Assembly: GCA_965226025.1 (NCBI GenBank)
Contig: CBDDCD010000002.1
Coordinates: 2,662,216-2,726,215 of the forward strand
Direction: 5' to 3'
Source: Candidatus Moanibacter sp.
GTDB lineage: Bacteria > Verrucomicrobiota > Verrucomicrobiia > Opitutales > UBA2987
DNA: 64,000 bases
Part shown: positions 53,022 to 62,424 of the stretch, piece after piece
Layout of the letters: each line of letters opens with the position of its first letter
Position numbering within the stretch: position 1 is the first letter of the stretch
Made by a program: the position numbers and the translations under genes
The notes under the pieces: generated by a model
Told to the model about the DNA's origin: nothing
Seen by the model: the letters and a program-made list of their open reading frames with translations, nothing else
Databases searched by the model: none

Positions 53022-54578
53022 ATGATCGATTACGATCAGGACAGACACTTCGATCGTATTGGGGATACCACGCAGGTTTTTCTCAATGACGATATGATCA
53101 CATGGGTGCAGAACGTGAAACGCACCTTCCACAAAGCGGAGCCCCACGAGGCGAATCCGTTGATCGTAAAGGACCGGTCTTGGGAGGAGATGCCCTACTT
53201 CACGACCTGCTATTCAGTTATTCAGGATGACGACGGTTTGTTCAAGGTATGGTACTCTGACTTTGTGGTATCGCCACCCTGTGAGCGACCGCTTCCCATC
53301 TACAGCCCTCCGGCCTGGTCGTCGCGGCTTTGCTACGCCTTCTCCGAAGACGGAGTCCACTTTGAGAAGCCCGCGCTCGGCCAGGTAGAAATCGACGGTG
53401 AGGACACCAACGTGGTGCGCTGGAACGAGGACATGGATGTTGGGGTGGCCTATCCAGTGATAAGGGATCCTACGGAAACGGATCCGTCCAGACGGCTGAA
53501 GATGACCTATTTGCCGGTCAAGCTAAACGCCAACATTCCAAAGCGTTCGACGGTCGCTAATCCGGACGAGATGGGTTTGGCCTGGGCCCATTCGGGAGAC
53601 GGGGTCAACTGGACCTCTTACCCGGGTAACCCCGTCGAGCTCGTCTGGGGCAGCGACGTCCAGATGCTGTCGTATGATCAGGACCGAGGACGCTACGTCA
53701 TATACGGGCGATGTCATTACGCGGCCGAGAGTGGCAATCCCAAAGGCGACCAGTGGTTCTCTAAGTACTACCCAAGTCAGCCTTCCGGTTGGGTCCCAAA
53801 GCGCGCGGTGTATCGGATCGAGAGCGAAGATCTCATTCACTGGTCGGATCCGAAACGTGTGCTCGCACCGGGGAATTCGCACAATCTCGATGATCAATTC
53901 TACGGTCTGCCGACCTTTCGCCTGGGGAGCGACTACTGCGGCCTGCTCCCTGTCTTGCACGGTGTGGATAATACGGTTGATTCGGAGCTTGTCTACAGCA
54001 GGGACGGCATCGAGTGGGCCCATCTCCCGCTCTCAGGTCCCTTGATCGACAGAGGCGGCCAGGGGAGTTGGGATGAATTCATGATCACCACCGCGGTGCC
54101 CCCGATCCGCGTCGGAGATAAACTCCACATTTATTACGGTGGGTCCGCGTCACATCACGACTGGTGGGCCTTCAGCGAGGGCCAGGGTCTCGATACCGAG
54201 GAAGCACAGCCCGGATACTGCGTTCGCCACGGCCTTGGGCTCGCAACGGTCAGGGCCGACGGATTTGTCTCCCTCGACGCCGGCCTCAGAGAGGGTAAAA
54301 TCTGCACGAAACCGTTCTTTTCGACCGGCGCTAAGCTCGTGATCAATGGCAGGTGTAATCCGGGTGGCACCATCGCGGCGGCGATCGTGGACATCTTCGA
54401 GGAGCCGTGGGAGGGATTCGAAGGAGAGGATTGCGTTCCCTTCTCCGGAGACGACGTAAACCATGTGTTTGCATGGAAGGGAGGACACGACATTAACATG
54501 GTTCCGGGATACACGAGGATCTGTTTCTATATAAAAAATGCACAACTGTTCTCGTATCGCATCTCGGATGAGGGTTGA
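53022..54578 (+). CDS. Beta-propeller glycoside-hydrolase-like protein (GH43/32/130-type fold)
   Basis: Blade motifs FSEDGVHFEKP, HSGDGVNWTSYPGNP, SEDLIHWSDP and YSRDGIEWAHLP. Confidence 0.6.
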   Translation: MIDYDQDRHFDRIGDTTQVFLNDDMITWVQNVKRTFHKAEPHEANPLIVKDRSWEEMPYFTTCYSVIQDDDGLFKVWYSDFVVSPPCERPLPIYSPPAWSSRLCYAFSEDGVHFEKPALGQVEIDGEDTNVVRWNEDMDVGVAYPVIRDPTETDPSRRLKMTYLPVKLNANIPKRSTVANPDEMGLAWAHSGDGVNWTSYPGNPVELVWGSDVQMLSYDQDRGRYVIYGRCHYAAESGNPKGDQWFSKYYPSQPSGWVPKRAVYRIESEDLIHWSDPKRVLAPGNSHNLDDQFYGLPTFRLGSDYCGLLPVLHGVDNTVDSELVYSRDGIEWAHLPLSGPLIDRGGQGSWDEFMITTAVPPIRVGDKLHIYYGGSASHHDWWAFSEGQGLDTEEAQPGYCVRHGLGLATVRADGFVSLDAGLREGKICTKPFFSTGAKLVINGRCNPGGTIAAAIVDIFEEPWEGFEGEDCVPFSGDDVNHVFAWKGGHDINMVPGYTRICFYIKNAQLFSYRISDEG

Positions 54579-54683
54579 GATGGGAGTCTAGAGTGCGAAT
54601 TGCTAATCTGAATCTTAGATGTCCGTACCGATTATCTTCAGGTCATGAATTCTCGAGAAATTGAGCGCAAAACGAATTCAGGA

Positions 54684-54826
54684 CTGGAGGGGCGAGGGCT
54701 CTCGAGCCCTTGGGCGAACTTTGCTGTTCGGTACCGATCTCTCTTTTGCGTAATGTCATTCGGGCGCACCAAGGACGCTTCTTTCTGGGTGTCTACGGCA
54801 TGGGGCTCGAGGGCCCTCGCCCCTCC
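54684..54826. repeat. Family-B GC-rich palindrome pair
   Basis: CTGGAGGGGCGAGGGCTCTCGAGCCC ... 92 nt ... GGGGCTCGAGGGCCCTCGCCCCTCCC. Confidence 0.85.
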
Positions 54827-54864
54827 CAACCTGGCGGTTGATCGGCCACCCTTAATCCCTGCGA

Positions 54865-55674
54865 ATGGGTAGCCAGCAGACGGACCTGCCACATACCATG
54901 CTCACTTCTGAACAGAAAAAGCACTTCGAAGTCTTCGGTTTTCTCGCATTGCGTGGTCTCTTCAGCGAGAAAGAGATGGCGATCATAACTCAGGAGGCGC
55001 AAGAGATTTTCCTCGAGGAGAGGAATGGCCGACCGTTTGCCGGAACTGAGCGTCAGAAAGTCGACAGCATGTTCCCTTTGCGCCCTTTCTTGGACCGTGT
55101 TGTAGACGACGACCGTATTCACGGCATCGCGTGCGATCTCCTGGGCTCGGACTACATACTCGACAGCACGGAAGGAAACGTCTTCGCCGAAGATACTCAA
55201 TGGCACGGCGGAGATGATCGTTTCTGCGTCCTTCGAAACATCAAGATTGCCTTCTATCTCGAATCTCTCAAGGCGGACAGTGGCTGTTTGCGAGTGATGC
55301 CGGGATCCCATGTGCCACCCTACGTCGATTCGCTCAAGCCGCTCAAGAAACAGTTCTTCGATCAAAGCTTCCGCCCCTTTGGATTGAGCGGGCCGGAGCT
55401 GTCAGGCCACGTCATCGAAACGCAGCCAGGGGATATCCTCGTATTCCCCGAAGAACTCTTCCACGCAACCTTTCACGGGAAGGCAGGCCGCGCTCAGTTA
55501 GCCATCAACTTCGCTGCCAATCCAGTCACCGAGAAACAGATCGAGTTCGTCAAGAGCCTCTACAACCGTCCCGGAAACACCGCGTTCAGGCCACCCAAAT
55601 CCTACATCAACAGCGATCGACCTAGGCTTCGCAGGATGGTGTCGCGGTTGTGTGAGCTGGGATTTGAGCCTTGA
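54865..55674 (+). CDS. Phytanoyl-CoA dioxygenase (PhyH)-family Fe(II)/2-oxoglutarate oxygenase
   Basis: LTSEQKKHFEVFGFLALRGLFS, WHGGDD and CLRVMPGSHV. The start may be the internal MLTSEQ. Confidence 0.7.
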   Translation: MGSQQTDLPHTMLTSEQKKHFEVFGFLALRGLFSEKEMAIITQEAQEIFLEERNGRPFAGTERQKVDSMFPLRPFLDRVVDDDRIHGIACDLLGSDYILDSTEGNVFAEDTQWHGGDDRFCVLRNIKIAFYLESLKADSGCLRVMPGSHVPPYVDSLKPLKKQFFDQSFRPFGLSGPELSGHVIETQPGDILVFPEELFHATFHGKAGRAQLAINFAANPVTEKQIEFVKSLYNRPGNTAFRPPKSYINSDRPRLRRMVSRLCELGFEP

Positions 55675-55866
55675 GAATGGGCGGCAATGGTGGGCCGTGC
55701 CGTCCCGGCGCGGCAGATGTATGTAGGACTGATCCGAACTTGCTCCGCGTCCGGAGGCCACGGACCACCTTCAATCGGTGCGTCAACTCTGCTCGTCGTT
55801 CGAGCTGAGTTGAAATCTGTCGATGCGGTTATCATCGTGCACTGTGATTGCATTCCTGCACATAGA

Positions 55867-57138
55867 CTATTTTGACCCGCTTTCCACCTCACGCGGTGTA
55901 AAAACCCCCTCCCGTTCGACTCGTTGCCTACTCGGCACCTTCCAGCGCAGAATGCCCAGACGGCCGCTGCCCCATTGCTCCACCTCTTCGCCTCTGGGAA
56001 CAACGGAATTGTCGTAACACCTCAGCCTCCGGCCTCGGAAATTCCAAGTCTCGCGATTGTCGTGAACGGTGATGATAGTGTCGTCATCCAGGACAATGGA
56101 GCGAGCATACTGACCACACGGATTCAGCTGATAGATGGAGCGACTCCAAGTGACGCCCGTGTCGTAACTAAGCATGAACCGTTGGCCGTAGCGTCCAAAC
56201 GTCAGAACCAACGTGTCATCGGAGAGTTTCATAATCGAGCCTGACTGCTGTGCCGATGCCGTCACCAGCCTCGGCGTCGCCCAAGTCTTTCCCCCATCCT
56301 TGCTGGAGCTGAATGCAGTGTGCTGAAACAACTGTTTGCCCACATCGGTGGGCGCTCCGGGTGGGGAATACAGTCGCGCATCAGCGGCTAATTCGGGAGG
56401 ATCCTCCGGTACTTTGTCCCGCTGGTATCGGATCGATGCTAAAAGTTCGCCGGTCGGAAGTTCGAGCAAGTCGGGCTCGGGAGAATGGTTGGTGAAATTT
56501 GAAAATCGCGACCAGGTTCGGCCGTCGTCCGTAGAGCTGAAAATGTAGGATCTGAATATGTCTTCACTCCCGGCGACCGGTCTTCCGGGACGAGCCCATG
56601 CTTGCACGCAGAAGGGGGCTATAAGCCGGCCGTCGGTCAGCTGAAGGAGTGTCGCCTGGTCTCCAATAACCTCGAAAGGTGAAGGATCGAGCGGTTCGGT
56701 TGGCGCCCAGGTCCGGCCCCGATCTTCAGTTCGGGTCATCCAGGTCGTTCTCTGAAAGCTCTCATCCTCGCGCCGGCCTTCTTCGTGCTCCACGGGGTGG
56801 CTGAAACTCATGACCCAGACCAACAGAATTGTACCTTGTTCAGTGACGCCGATTCCGGTGGTGGTGCATTCTGTAAAGGTGAGCCCTTCAGGCACCTCCG
56901 GACCGAAGGGAGGAGAGCTACCGAGGAGCGACCAGGTTCTACCCAAATCCCGGCTGTGCATAACCTGTCCTTCCGCTCCCGCAGTGAAAAGTTCCTCATC
57001 GGGCCCCTTGACGATGCAGGGTTGAAAGACCGGGGTCCAGTCGGTCTCGATGAGTTCGCAGGGCCAATCGATCGACGGTCTGATGAAGATCTCGGAGACT
57101 TCGGGATGATAGTCCGCCCAGGTGGTTATGTGGTTCAT
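55867..57138 (-). CDS. BNR/Asp-box repeat sialidase-like (GH33-like) protein
   Basis: Five Asp-boxes: SRDLGRTWS, TEDRGRTWA, STDDGRTWS, SKDGGKTWA and SYDTGVTWS. Confidence 0.8.
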   Translation of the reverse strand: MNHITTWADYHPEVSEIFIRPSIDWPCELIETDWTPVFQPCIVKGPDEELFTAGAEGQVMHSRDLGRTWSLLGSSPPFGPEVPEGLTFTECTTTGIGVTEQGTILLVWVMSFSHPVEHEEGRREDESFQRTTWMTRTEDRGRTWAPTEPLDPSPFEVIGDQATLLQLTDGRLIAPFCVQAWARPGRPVAGSEDIFRSYIFSSTDDGRTWSRFSNFTNHSPEPDLLELPTGELLASIRYQRDKVPEDPPELAADARLYSPPGAPTDVGKQLFQHTAFSSSKDGGKTWATPRLVTASAQQSGSIMKLSDDTLVLTFGRYGQRFMLSYDTGVTWSRSIYQLNPCGQYARSIVLDDDTIITVHDNRETWNFRGRRLRCYDNSVVPRGEEVEQWGSGRLGILRWKVPSRQRVEREGVFTPREVESGSK

Positions 57139-57462
57139 TTAGACAATAAGCGGTGCAAATCGATTGGAGGTCATCTTCATCTGCCTCTTTCTCGCCCAGC
57201 CGGTAGCCAAGCAAAATCTCTTTACTAGACTTCAGCCATTGGAAATCGAACCTGTGCTGCAAGGTCGAAGATAGGATCAAAGAGGATGAGGAAGACGAAG
57301 AGGAAGATAGAAATCAAGTGTATACCGCTATTGTCGAACCGCCTCCACAAAACCCTCCAATCGGACTGGACGGACACGGTCCCTTTGTGCCATCCTCGAT
57401 GGTAGGCCGATCAAAAGTTTGGCACCGGGGCATGTAGCGAAGAAAGCAGGGAGGGATCGGAG

Positions 57463-58473
57463 ATGGAACTCAGCAACGAAAAGCTATTGTGGATCTACGA
57501 ACGGATGCGGTTAATTCGAGCGTTCGAGGAGCAAGTGCATGAGGATTTCGCGGCCGGGAAGATCCCCGGCTTCGTCCATCTTTACGCAGGAGAAGAGGCG
57601 GTTGCGGTTGGGGTGTGTGCCAACCTGGCGGATGAGGATTTCATCACCAGTACCCATCGTGGCCATGGACACTGTATTGCGAAAGGCGTTGATATCGGGC
57701 CGATGATGGCCGAGATTCACGGCAAGAGTGGGGGGGCTTGCAAGGGCAAGGGAGGTTCCATGCACATCGCCGACATGTCGAAAGGCATGCTCGGCGCTAA
57801 CGGCATCGTCGGCGGAGGACCGCCCTTGGCCTGCGGCGCCGGTCTGATGGCGAAGGTGAAAGGCATCGACGCGGTCACCGTTTGTTTCTTTGGAGACGGG
57901 GCATCCAACCAGGGGACTACGTTAGAGGGCATCAACCTGGCCGGCGTGTGGAAGCTTCCGATTCTATTCGTATGCGAAAACAACCGGTACGCGGAAACCA
58001 CGGCGGCCGAGTACTCTGTCTCAGGCAGCGACATCGCCGCCCGAGCAAGCGGTTTCGGTATGCCCAGTGCAGCCGTCGATGGACAGGATGTGTTCGCCAT
58101 TTACGAAGCTGCGAGTGAAGCCCTGAACCGCGCGCGGCGCGGCCAAGGACCCTCCTTCATCGAGGCCCAGACCTATCGATACTATGGTCATTTCGAGGGT
58201 GACGCCATCACCTATCGGACGGATGAAGAGCTAGAGCGGCATAGATCGAAGGATTGCATTGATCAATTTCGAAAGACCGTTGTCGATCAGGGCCTGCTCA
58301 CTGAGGCCGAGCTGAATGCTGTCGACGAAAGGGCGAAGGAGACCATCGAAGAGGCTTCTCGTTTTGCCGAGGAAAGCCCGCTCCCGAATCCCACCGATAC
58401 CCTGACCGACGTCTATGCCGGATTCCCCGAATCAGGGTTGTGGCCGTTCCAGACGACACCGGTGGAGAATTAG
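57463..58473 (+). CDS. acoA: ThDP-dependent 2-oxoacid/acetoin dehydrogenase E1 alpha subunit
   Basis: TSTHRGHGHCIAKG, FFGDGASNQG and CENNRYAE. An RBS GGAGGGA lies upstream. Confidence 0.8.
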   Translation: MELSNEKLLWIYERMRLIRAFEEQVHEDFAAGKIPGFVHLYAGEEAVAVGVCANLADEDFITSTHRGHGHCIAKGVDIGPMMAEIHGKSGGACKGKGGSMHIADMSKGMLGANGIVGGGPPLACGAGLMAKVKGIDAVTVCFFGDGASNQGTTLEGINLAGVWKLPILFVCENNRYAETTAAEYSVSGSDIAARASGFGMPSAAVDGQDVFAIYEAASEALNRARRGQGPSFIEAQTYRYYGHFEGDAITYRTDEELERHRSKDCIDQFRKTVVDQGLLTEAELNAVDERAKETIEEASRFAEESPLPNPTDTLTDVYAGFPESGLWPFQTTPVEN

Positions 58474-58536
58474 CCAAGAGGTCTTTTCCAGAATTTGAAA
58501 CGTTAGGGCGAGGTAATCCGAACAGGAGACAATGAG

Positions 58537-59553
58537 ATGGCGGAGCGGTTGTTAAGTTATCGCGAGGCGATTAATGAGGCATTGCGTCTCGAGATGGGGC
58601 GCGATTCCACGGTAGTGGTCATGGGGGAGGATGTTTCCGGAGCGCCTCAGAGCGATGATCCGGAGCACCTCGACGCGTGGGGAGGCGTGATGGGAGTGAC
58701 GAAGGGTCTGGTTCACGAATTCGGCCGCGAGCGGGTGCGCGATACCCCAATCACGGAATCGGCCTTTGTTGGGGCCGGGGTGGGCGCGGCTGTCACCGGA
58801 CTTCGACCCGTCGTCGAACTCATGTTCATCGGTTTCATGGGTGTGTGTCTCGACCAGATTACGAATCAGGCTGCAAAGATGCGTTATATGTTCGGCGGCA
58901 AGGCCACGATTCCACTGGTCATTCGCACCATGATTGGGGCCGGACTTCGAGCCGCCGCCCAACACTCGGACTCGATGTACTCGACCTTCGTTCACTTCCC
59001 CGGGTTGAAAGTCGTGGTTCCGTCAACGCCCGGCGATGTCAAGGGTCTGCTGATCGCTTCCATTCGCGATGACGATCCGGTCATCTTCTGTGAACACAAG
59101 GTCCTCTACGATCTACAGGGTCCCGTGCCCGAGGGTGATTATGTAATTCCATTGGGCCAGGCCGATGTGAAGCGGGAGGGAGCGGATGCGACTATCGTCG
59201 CAATCTCACGAATGGTCGACTTTTCCCTTCAGGCAGCCGATGCGTTGGCTGCTGAGGGCATTAGTGCGGAAGTGGTCGATCCCCGCACTCTCGTCCCGCT
59301 CGATACCGAGACGATCCTCAACTCGATCCGTAAGACGGGACGATTGGTGATCGTGGACGAGGACAACCCGCGCTGCAGTGCGGCCACTGATATCGCTACC
59401 CTTGCCGCAACAGAAGCTATCGAATACCTGAGCGCCCCGGTCAAGTTGGTTACAGCGCCGCACACACCGGTGCCGTTCAGTCCGAGTTTGGAGGATACCT
59501 ATATCCCTTCTCCGGCGAGAATCGTTGCTGCGGTAAAGGAGACGATGATTTAG
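58537..59553 (+). CDS. acoB: 2-oxoacid/acetoin dehydrogenase E1 beta subunit
   Basis: VVMGEDVSG.., RVRDTPITESAFVGAGVGAA; transketolase-like Pyr and C-terminal domains. Confidence 0.8.
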   Translation: MAERLLSYREAINEALRLEMGRDSTVVVMGEDVSGAPQSDDPEHLDAWGGVMGVTKGLVHEFGRERVRDTPITESAFVGAGVGAAVTGLRPVVELMFIGFMGVCLDQITNQAAKMRYMFGGKATIPLVIRTMIGAGLRAAAQHSDSMYSTFVHFPGLKVVVPSTPGDVKGLLIASIRDDDPVIFCEHKVLYDLQGPVPEGDYVIPLGQADVKREGADATIVAISRMVDFSLQAADALAAEGISAEVVDPRTLVPLDTETILNSIRKTGRLVIVDEDNPRCSAATDIATLAATEAIEYLSAPVKLVTAPHTPVPFSPSLEDTYIPSPARIVAAVKETMI

Positions 59554-59619
59554 AGAAGTCAGAGGAACCGCCTTGGGAGAACCGCCTAGAACCCAAACCA
59601 GGAGTAGTCGCAACCGAAT

Positions 59620-59765
59620 AGACAAGGTTCGAGACGAGGTTCGAGACAAGGTTCGAGACAAGGTTACTACGTTAGACAGAGCCACCTACCAAGTTCGATC
59701 AGATTCGTCCTTAGAAAAGGCCACATCAGTACTCACCGGAGGAAACCTCGTCTCGAACCTTGTCT
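59620..59765. repeat. Family-A hairpin repeat inside the aco operon
   Basis: The left arm is about 3.5 copies of the 12-nt unit GAGACAAGGTTC (59620-59665). The right arm is AAACCTCGTCTCGAACCTTGTCT (to 59765). Confidence 0.85.
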
Positions 59766-59785
59766 ACACCATTCGGAACTGAACC

Positions 59786-61159
59786 ATGGCCTCTGAAGTC
59801 GTAATGCCCAAATGGGGCTTGAGCATGCAGGAGGGGCGCATCACCCAATGGCTCAAGCAGGAAGGCGAGCCCGTCGAGAAGGATGAGCCGCTGCTCGAAG
59901 TGGAAACCGAGAAGATGGTTTCGGTCGTTGAAGCGCCCGCGAGCGGGATTCTGGCTCGCGTTCTCCACCCCGAAGGAAGCACTGTTGCGATTAGCGAGGT
60001 AATCGCCTTGATCACGGACCCCGGCGAGGCGGTTCCGGAGGTCAGCGCGCCCCCTCCATCGGCTCCTGAGGAGGAGAGGAATGCCTCTGTGTCCAGGCCC
60101 GCCCCAGAGCCTATCCCGGCGCCTTCAGGCACCATCCGCGCCATGCCCGCAGCTCGGCGACTGGCGAAAGAGCGCGGCCTGAACCTGGCAGGAATCGAGG
60201 GCACTGGGCCGAGAGGAGCAATTACCCAGGGCGATGTCGAGCGAGCCCTGACCCCGGCCGTCCAACCGATTCAGAAGGCTTCCTTTTTCAGCGATGGCCA
60301 CCGACTCGACGGTCTGCTTTACACGCCTACGGATCTTGATCGGGATGAGAAGCGACCAGCGATTGTGCTCTGCGCGGGCTTTACCTACCTCAAGAGCCTC
60401 GTCCTGCCGGATATCGCCAAAGCCCTTAACGCAGAGGGCTACGTCGTGTTGACCTTCGATTACCGGGGATTCGGCGAGAGCGAGGGGCCGCGTTGGCGAC
60501 TCATCCCTGACGAGCAGGTGAACGATGTCAGGGCAGCGCTGACCTTTGTCGCGGATCAGCCGCAAGTCGATGCGGAACGCCTCGCCGTGCTTGGGATAAG
60601 CTTGGGTGGATCGAATGCGATTGTCGTAGGGGCGCTCGATCAGCGCGTAAACACTGTCGTCGCCATTGAGGCCATGGGCGACGGAGGGCGCTGGTTGTGC
60701 AGTCTGCGTCGCCACTGGGAGTGGCGCGAGTTCCAAGAGCTTCTGGCCAAGGATCGATCGCAACGGGTGCGAACGGGGAAGTCCGCTCGGGTGGATCCAC
60801 TCGAGATCGTGGTGCCGGATCCCGACTCTCGCAACTTTCTCAAGAGTGTCTATGAAGAGTATCCCCAGATGAAGTGCGACCTGCCTCTCGAAACGGCGGA
60901 GGCGTTGACCGAGTACCGGCCAGAGAGTTACGTCGCACGAATCGCGCCTCGTCCTCTGCTCTTGATCCACGGTGCAGACGACCTCCAGGTCTCCTCTGAT
61001 GAATCGCGCGAACTCTACGAGCGCGCCGGCGAGCCTCGCCAATTGGCGCTCCTTCCCGACATGGGACATTTCGACTGGGTGATGGCGGGGAGCGCTGGAT
61101 TCGAGCGGGTGGTCGGGCTCACCATCGCTTTTCTTCAGGAATATCTGCCGGCTCCATGA
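59786..61159 (+). CDS. acoC: AcoC-like E2 analogue: lipoyl domain + E3-binding (PSBD) domain + alpha/beta-hydrolase domain
   Basis: Lipoyl region EPLLEVETEKMVSVVEAPASGIL. PSBD region IRAMPAARRLAKERGLNLAGIEGTGPRGAITQGDVERAL. Hydrolase motifs VLGISLGGSNA, LLLIHGADD and DMGHFDW. Confidence 0.75.
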   Translation: MASEVVMPKWGLSMQEGRITQWLKQEGEPVEKDEPLLEVETEKMVSVVEAPASGILARVLHPEGSTVAISEVIALITDPGEAVPEVSAPPPSAPEEERNASVSRPAPEPIPAPSGTIRAMPAARRLAKERGLNLAGIEGTGPRGAITQGDVERALTPAVQPIQKASFFSDGHRLDGLLYTPTDLDRDEKRPAIVLCAGFTYLKSLVLPDIAKALNAEGYVVLTFDYRGFGESEGPRWRLIPDEQVNDVRAALTFVADQPQVDAERLAVLGISLGGSNAIVVGALDQRVNTVVAIEAMGDGGRWLCSLRRHWEWREFQELLAKDRSQRVRTGKSARVDPLEIVVPDPDSRNFLKSVYEEYPQMKCDLPLETAEALTEYRPESYVARIAPRPLLLIHGADDLQVSSDESRELYERAGEPRQLALLPDMGHFDWVMAGSAGFERVVGLTIAFLQEYLPAP

Positions 61160-62208
61160 TCACCGTCGGTATCGTTGCTAATCCGGCATCGGGCACGGAT
61201 ATTCGGCGACTGGTCGCATACGGTTCAAATTACGATAATGCCGAGAAGACAAACATCGTCCGCCGGGTGCTGCTGGGGCTCGAGGCGGTAGGCGTTGAGC
61301 GTGTCTTGATCATGCCGGATTCATTCGGCATCGGCCGGCGGGCCCTCGACGACCTTTCAATTGAGCTCGAAGCCTCGTTGCTTCCCATTCCATTGACATT
61401 CACCAAGGTCGACTCGACCCGTGCCGCTAGGGTCATGGCGACGGACGGAGCCGGTTGTATCGTTACCATAGGTGGCGACGGCACTAACCGGGCCGTGGCC
61501 AAAGCGAGCGGCAAGGTTCCTCTCATGCCTATCTCTACCGGAACCAACAATGTCTTCCCGACCATGATCGAGGGAACCATTGCCGGAATGGCCGCCGGTC
61601 TTGCCGCCCGCAGGCTCGTCGATAGCGCAGTGCACCGTATGCCGCGGTTGGAGATCTTTCATTTAAAGGACTCCGATGACAGCCGTGATATTGCCTCGTT
61701 TAAGTCCGATCCGCCGGACGATATCGCGTTGGTGGATGCGGCCGTCTACGACGAACGGTTTGTCGCCTCTCGGGCTGTCTGGGATGTGTCCAAGATAATC
61801 GAACTCTTTTTGACCCGCGCCGTACCGGGAAACATTGGACTCTCGGCCATTGGCGCTCATGTCCCAAGGGGAAATGGAGCGAGCAACAATTCCAAGCTTC
61901 CCGGTTCGGGGCAAGGGCAGGGTTTGTACCTTCGATTAGATTCCGGCGGAAAGCAGGTCCTAGCGCCGATCGCCCCCGGCCTCATCCAGAGCGTGGGCCT
62001 CGCCGAGTGCCGGCCGCTGCAGCCAGGCGATGTCGTCACCGTCAACGATAAACGACCCTGTGTGCTGGCTCTGGACGGCGAGCGCGAGATCGAACTGCGT
62101 CCCGGTTCCACTGCCCATGTCCGACTCAGTCCTAACGGACCATGGGTTGTGGACGCCCATGAAGCGATGGAAGTTTCGGCGCGTGCGGGGATTTTTGTCC
62201 GCGACTAG
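61156..62208 (+). CDS. acoX: AcoX-like ATP-NAD kinase/diacylglycerol-kinase-fold protein
   Basis: GIVANPASGTDIRRLV and VTIGGDGTNRAVA. The ATGA overlap with acoC suggests translational coupling. Confidence 0.7.
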   Translation: MITVGIVANPASGTDIRRLVAYGSNYDNAEKTNIVRRVLLGLEAVGVERVLIMPDSFGIGRRALDDLSIELEASLLPIPLTFTKVDSTRAARVMATDGAGCIVTIGGDGTNRAVAKASGKVPLMPISTGTNNVFPTMIEGTIAGMAAGLAARRLVDSAVHRMPRLEIFHLKDSDDSRDIASFKSDPPDDIALVDAAVYDERFVASRAVWDVSKIIELFLTRAVPGNIGLSAIGAHVPRGNGASNNSKLPGSGQGQGLYLRLDSGGKQVLAPIAPGLIQSVGLAECRPLQPGDVVTVNDKRPCVLALDGEREIELRPGSTAHVRLSPNGPWVVDAHEAMEVSARAGIFVRD

Positions 62209-62424
62209 AGGTTGGGAGAGACCTCTTTCTCCGTCAGGAAACATTTGTCGCGAGCCTTGGCGCGAGCTTTGTCGAGCCTACGTAGAGCCCGTCCCAGTGG
62301 TGGAAACAATTGATTTTTAATGAGTTATGGGCAAAAAAAAGGCCGGATAGAGCTGCAAAAAGCTCGATCCGGCGAAAAAGGGCGCTTATGCTTGCGTTAG
62401 TCAAATACAAAGCACGCCCTTCTC

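Noticed and set aside
57420-57436. Sigma-54 promoter upstream of acoA. A perfect -24 element TGGCAC lies 38 nt before the ATG, and aco operons are often sigma-54/AcoR dependent.
   Set aside because: The -12 element is not matched at the required spacing (TGGCACCGGGGCATGT has no TTGC or GC 12 nt downstream). No AcoR-type activator gene is in the window.
59573-59782. ORFs encoding low-complexity peptides such as NRIDKVRDEVRDKVRDKV (59573..59782), LSRTLSRTSSRTLS (59206..59685, 44347..44763), 14181..14438 and 18677..18910.
   Set aside because: They are translations of the 12-nt tandem units that form the arms of the hairpin repeats. The periodicity is a multiple of 3, so any frame stays open. 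They have no RBS or start context and overlap both arms of inverted repeats.
62336-62386. Hairpin GCCGGATAGAGCT-GCAAAA-AGCTCGATCCGGC flanked by A-runs, read as a minus-strand terminator (T8 on that strand) or as the left end of the IS5-like element.
   Set aside because: No minus-strand gene ends here. I could not find a matching inverted repeat at the right end, which may lie beyond position 64000. It is left unassigned.
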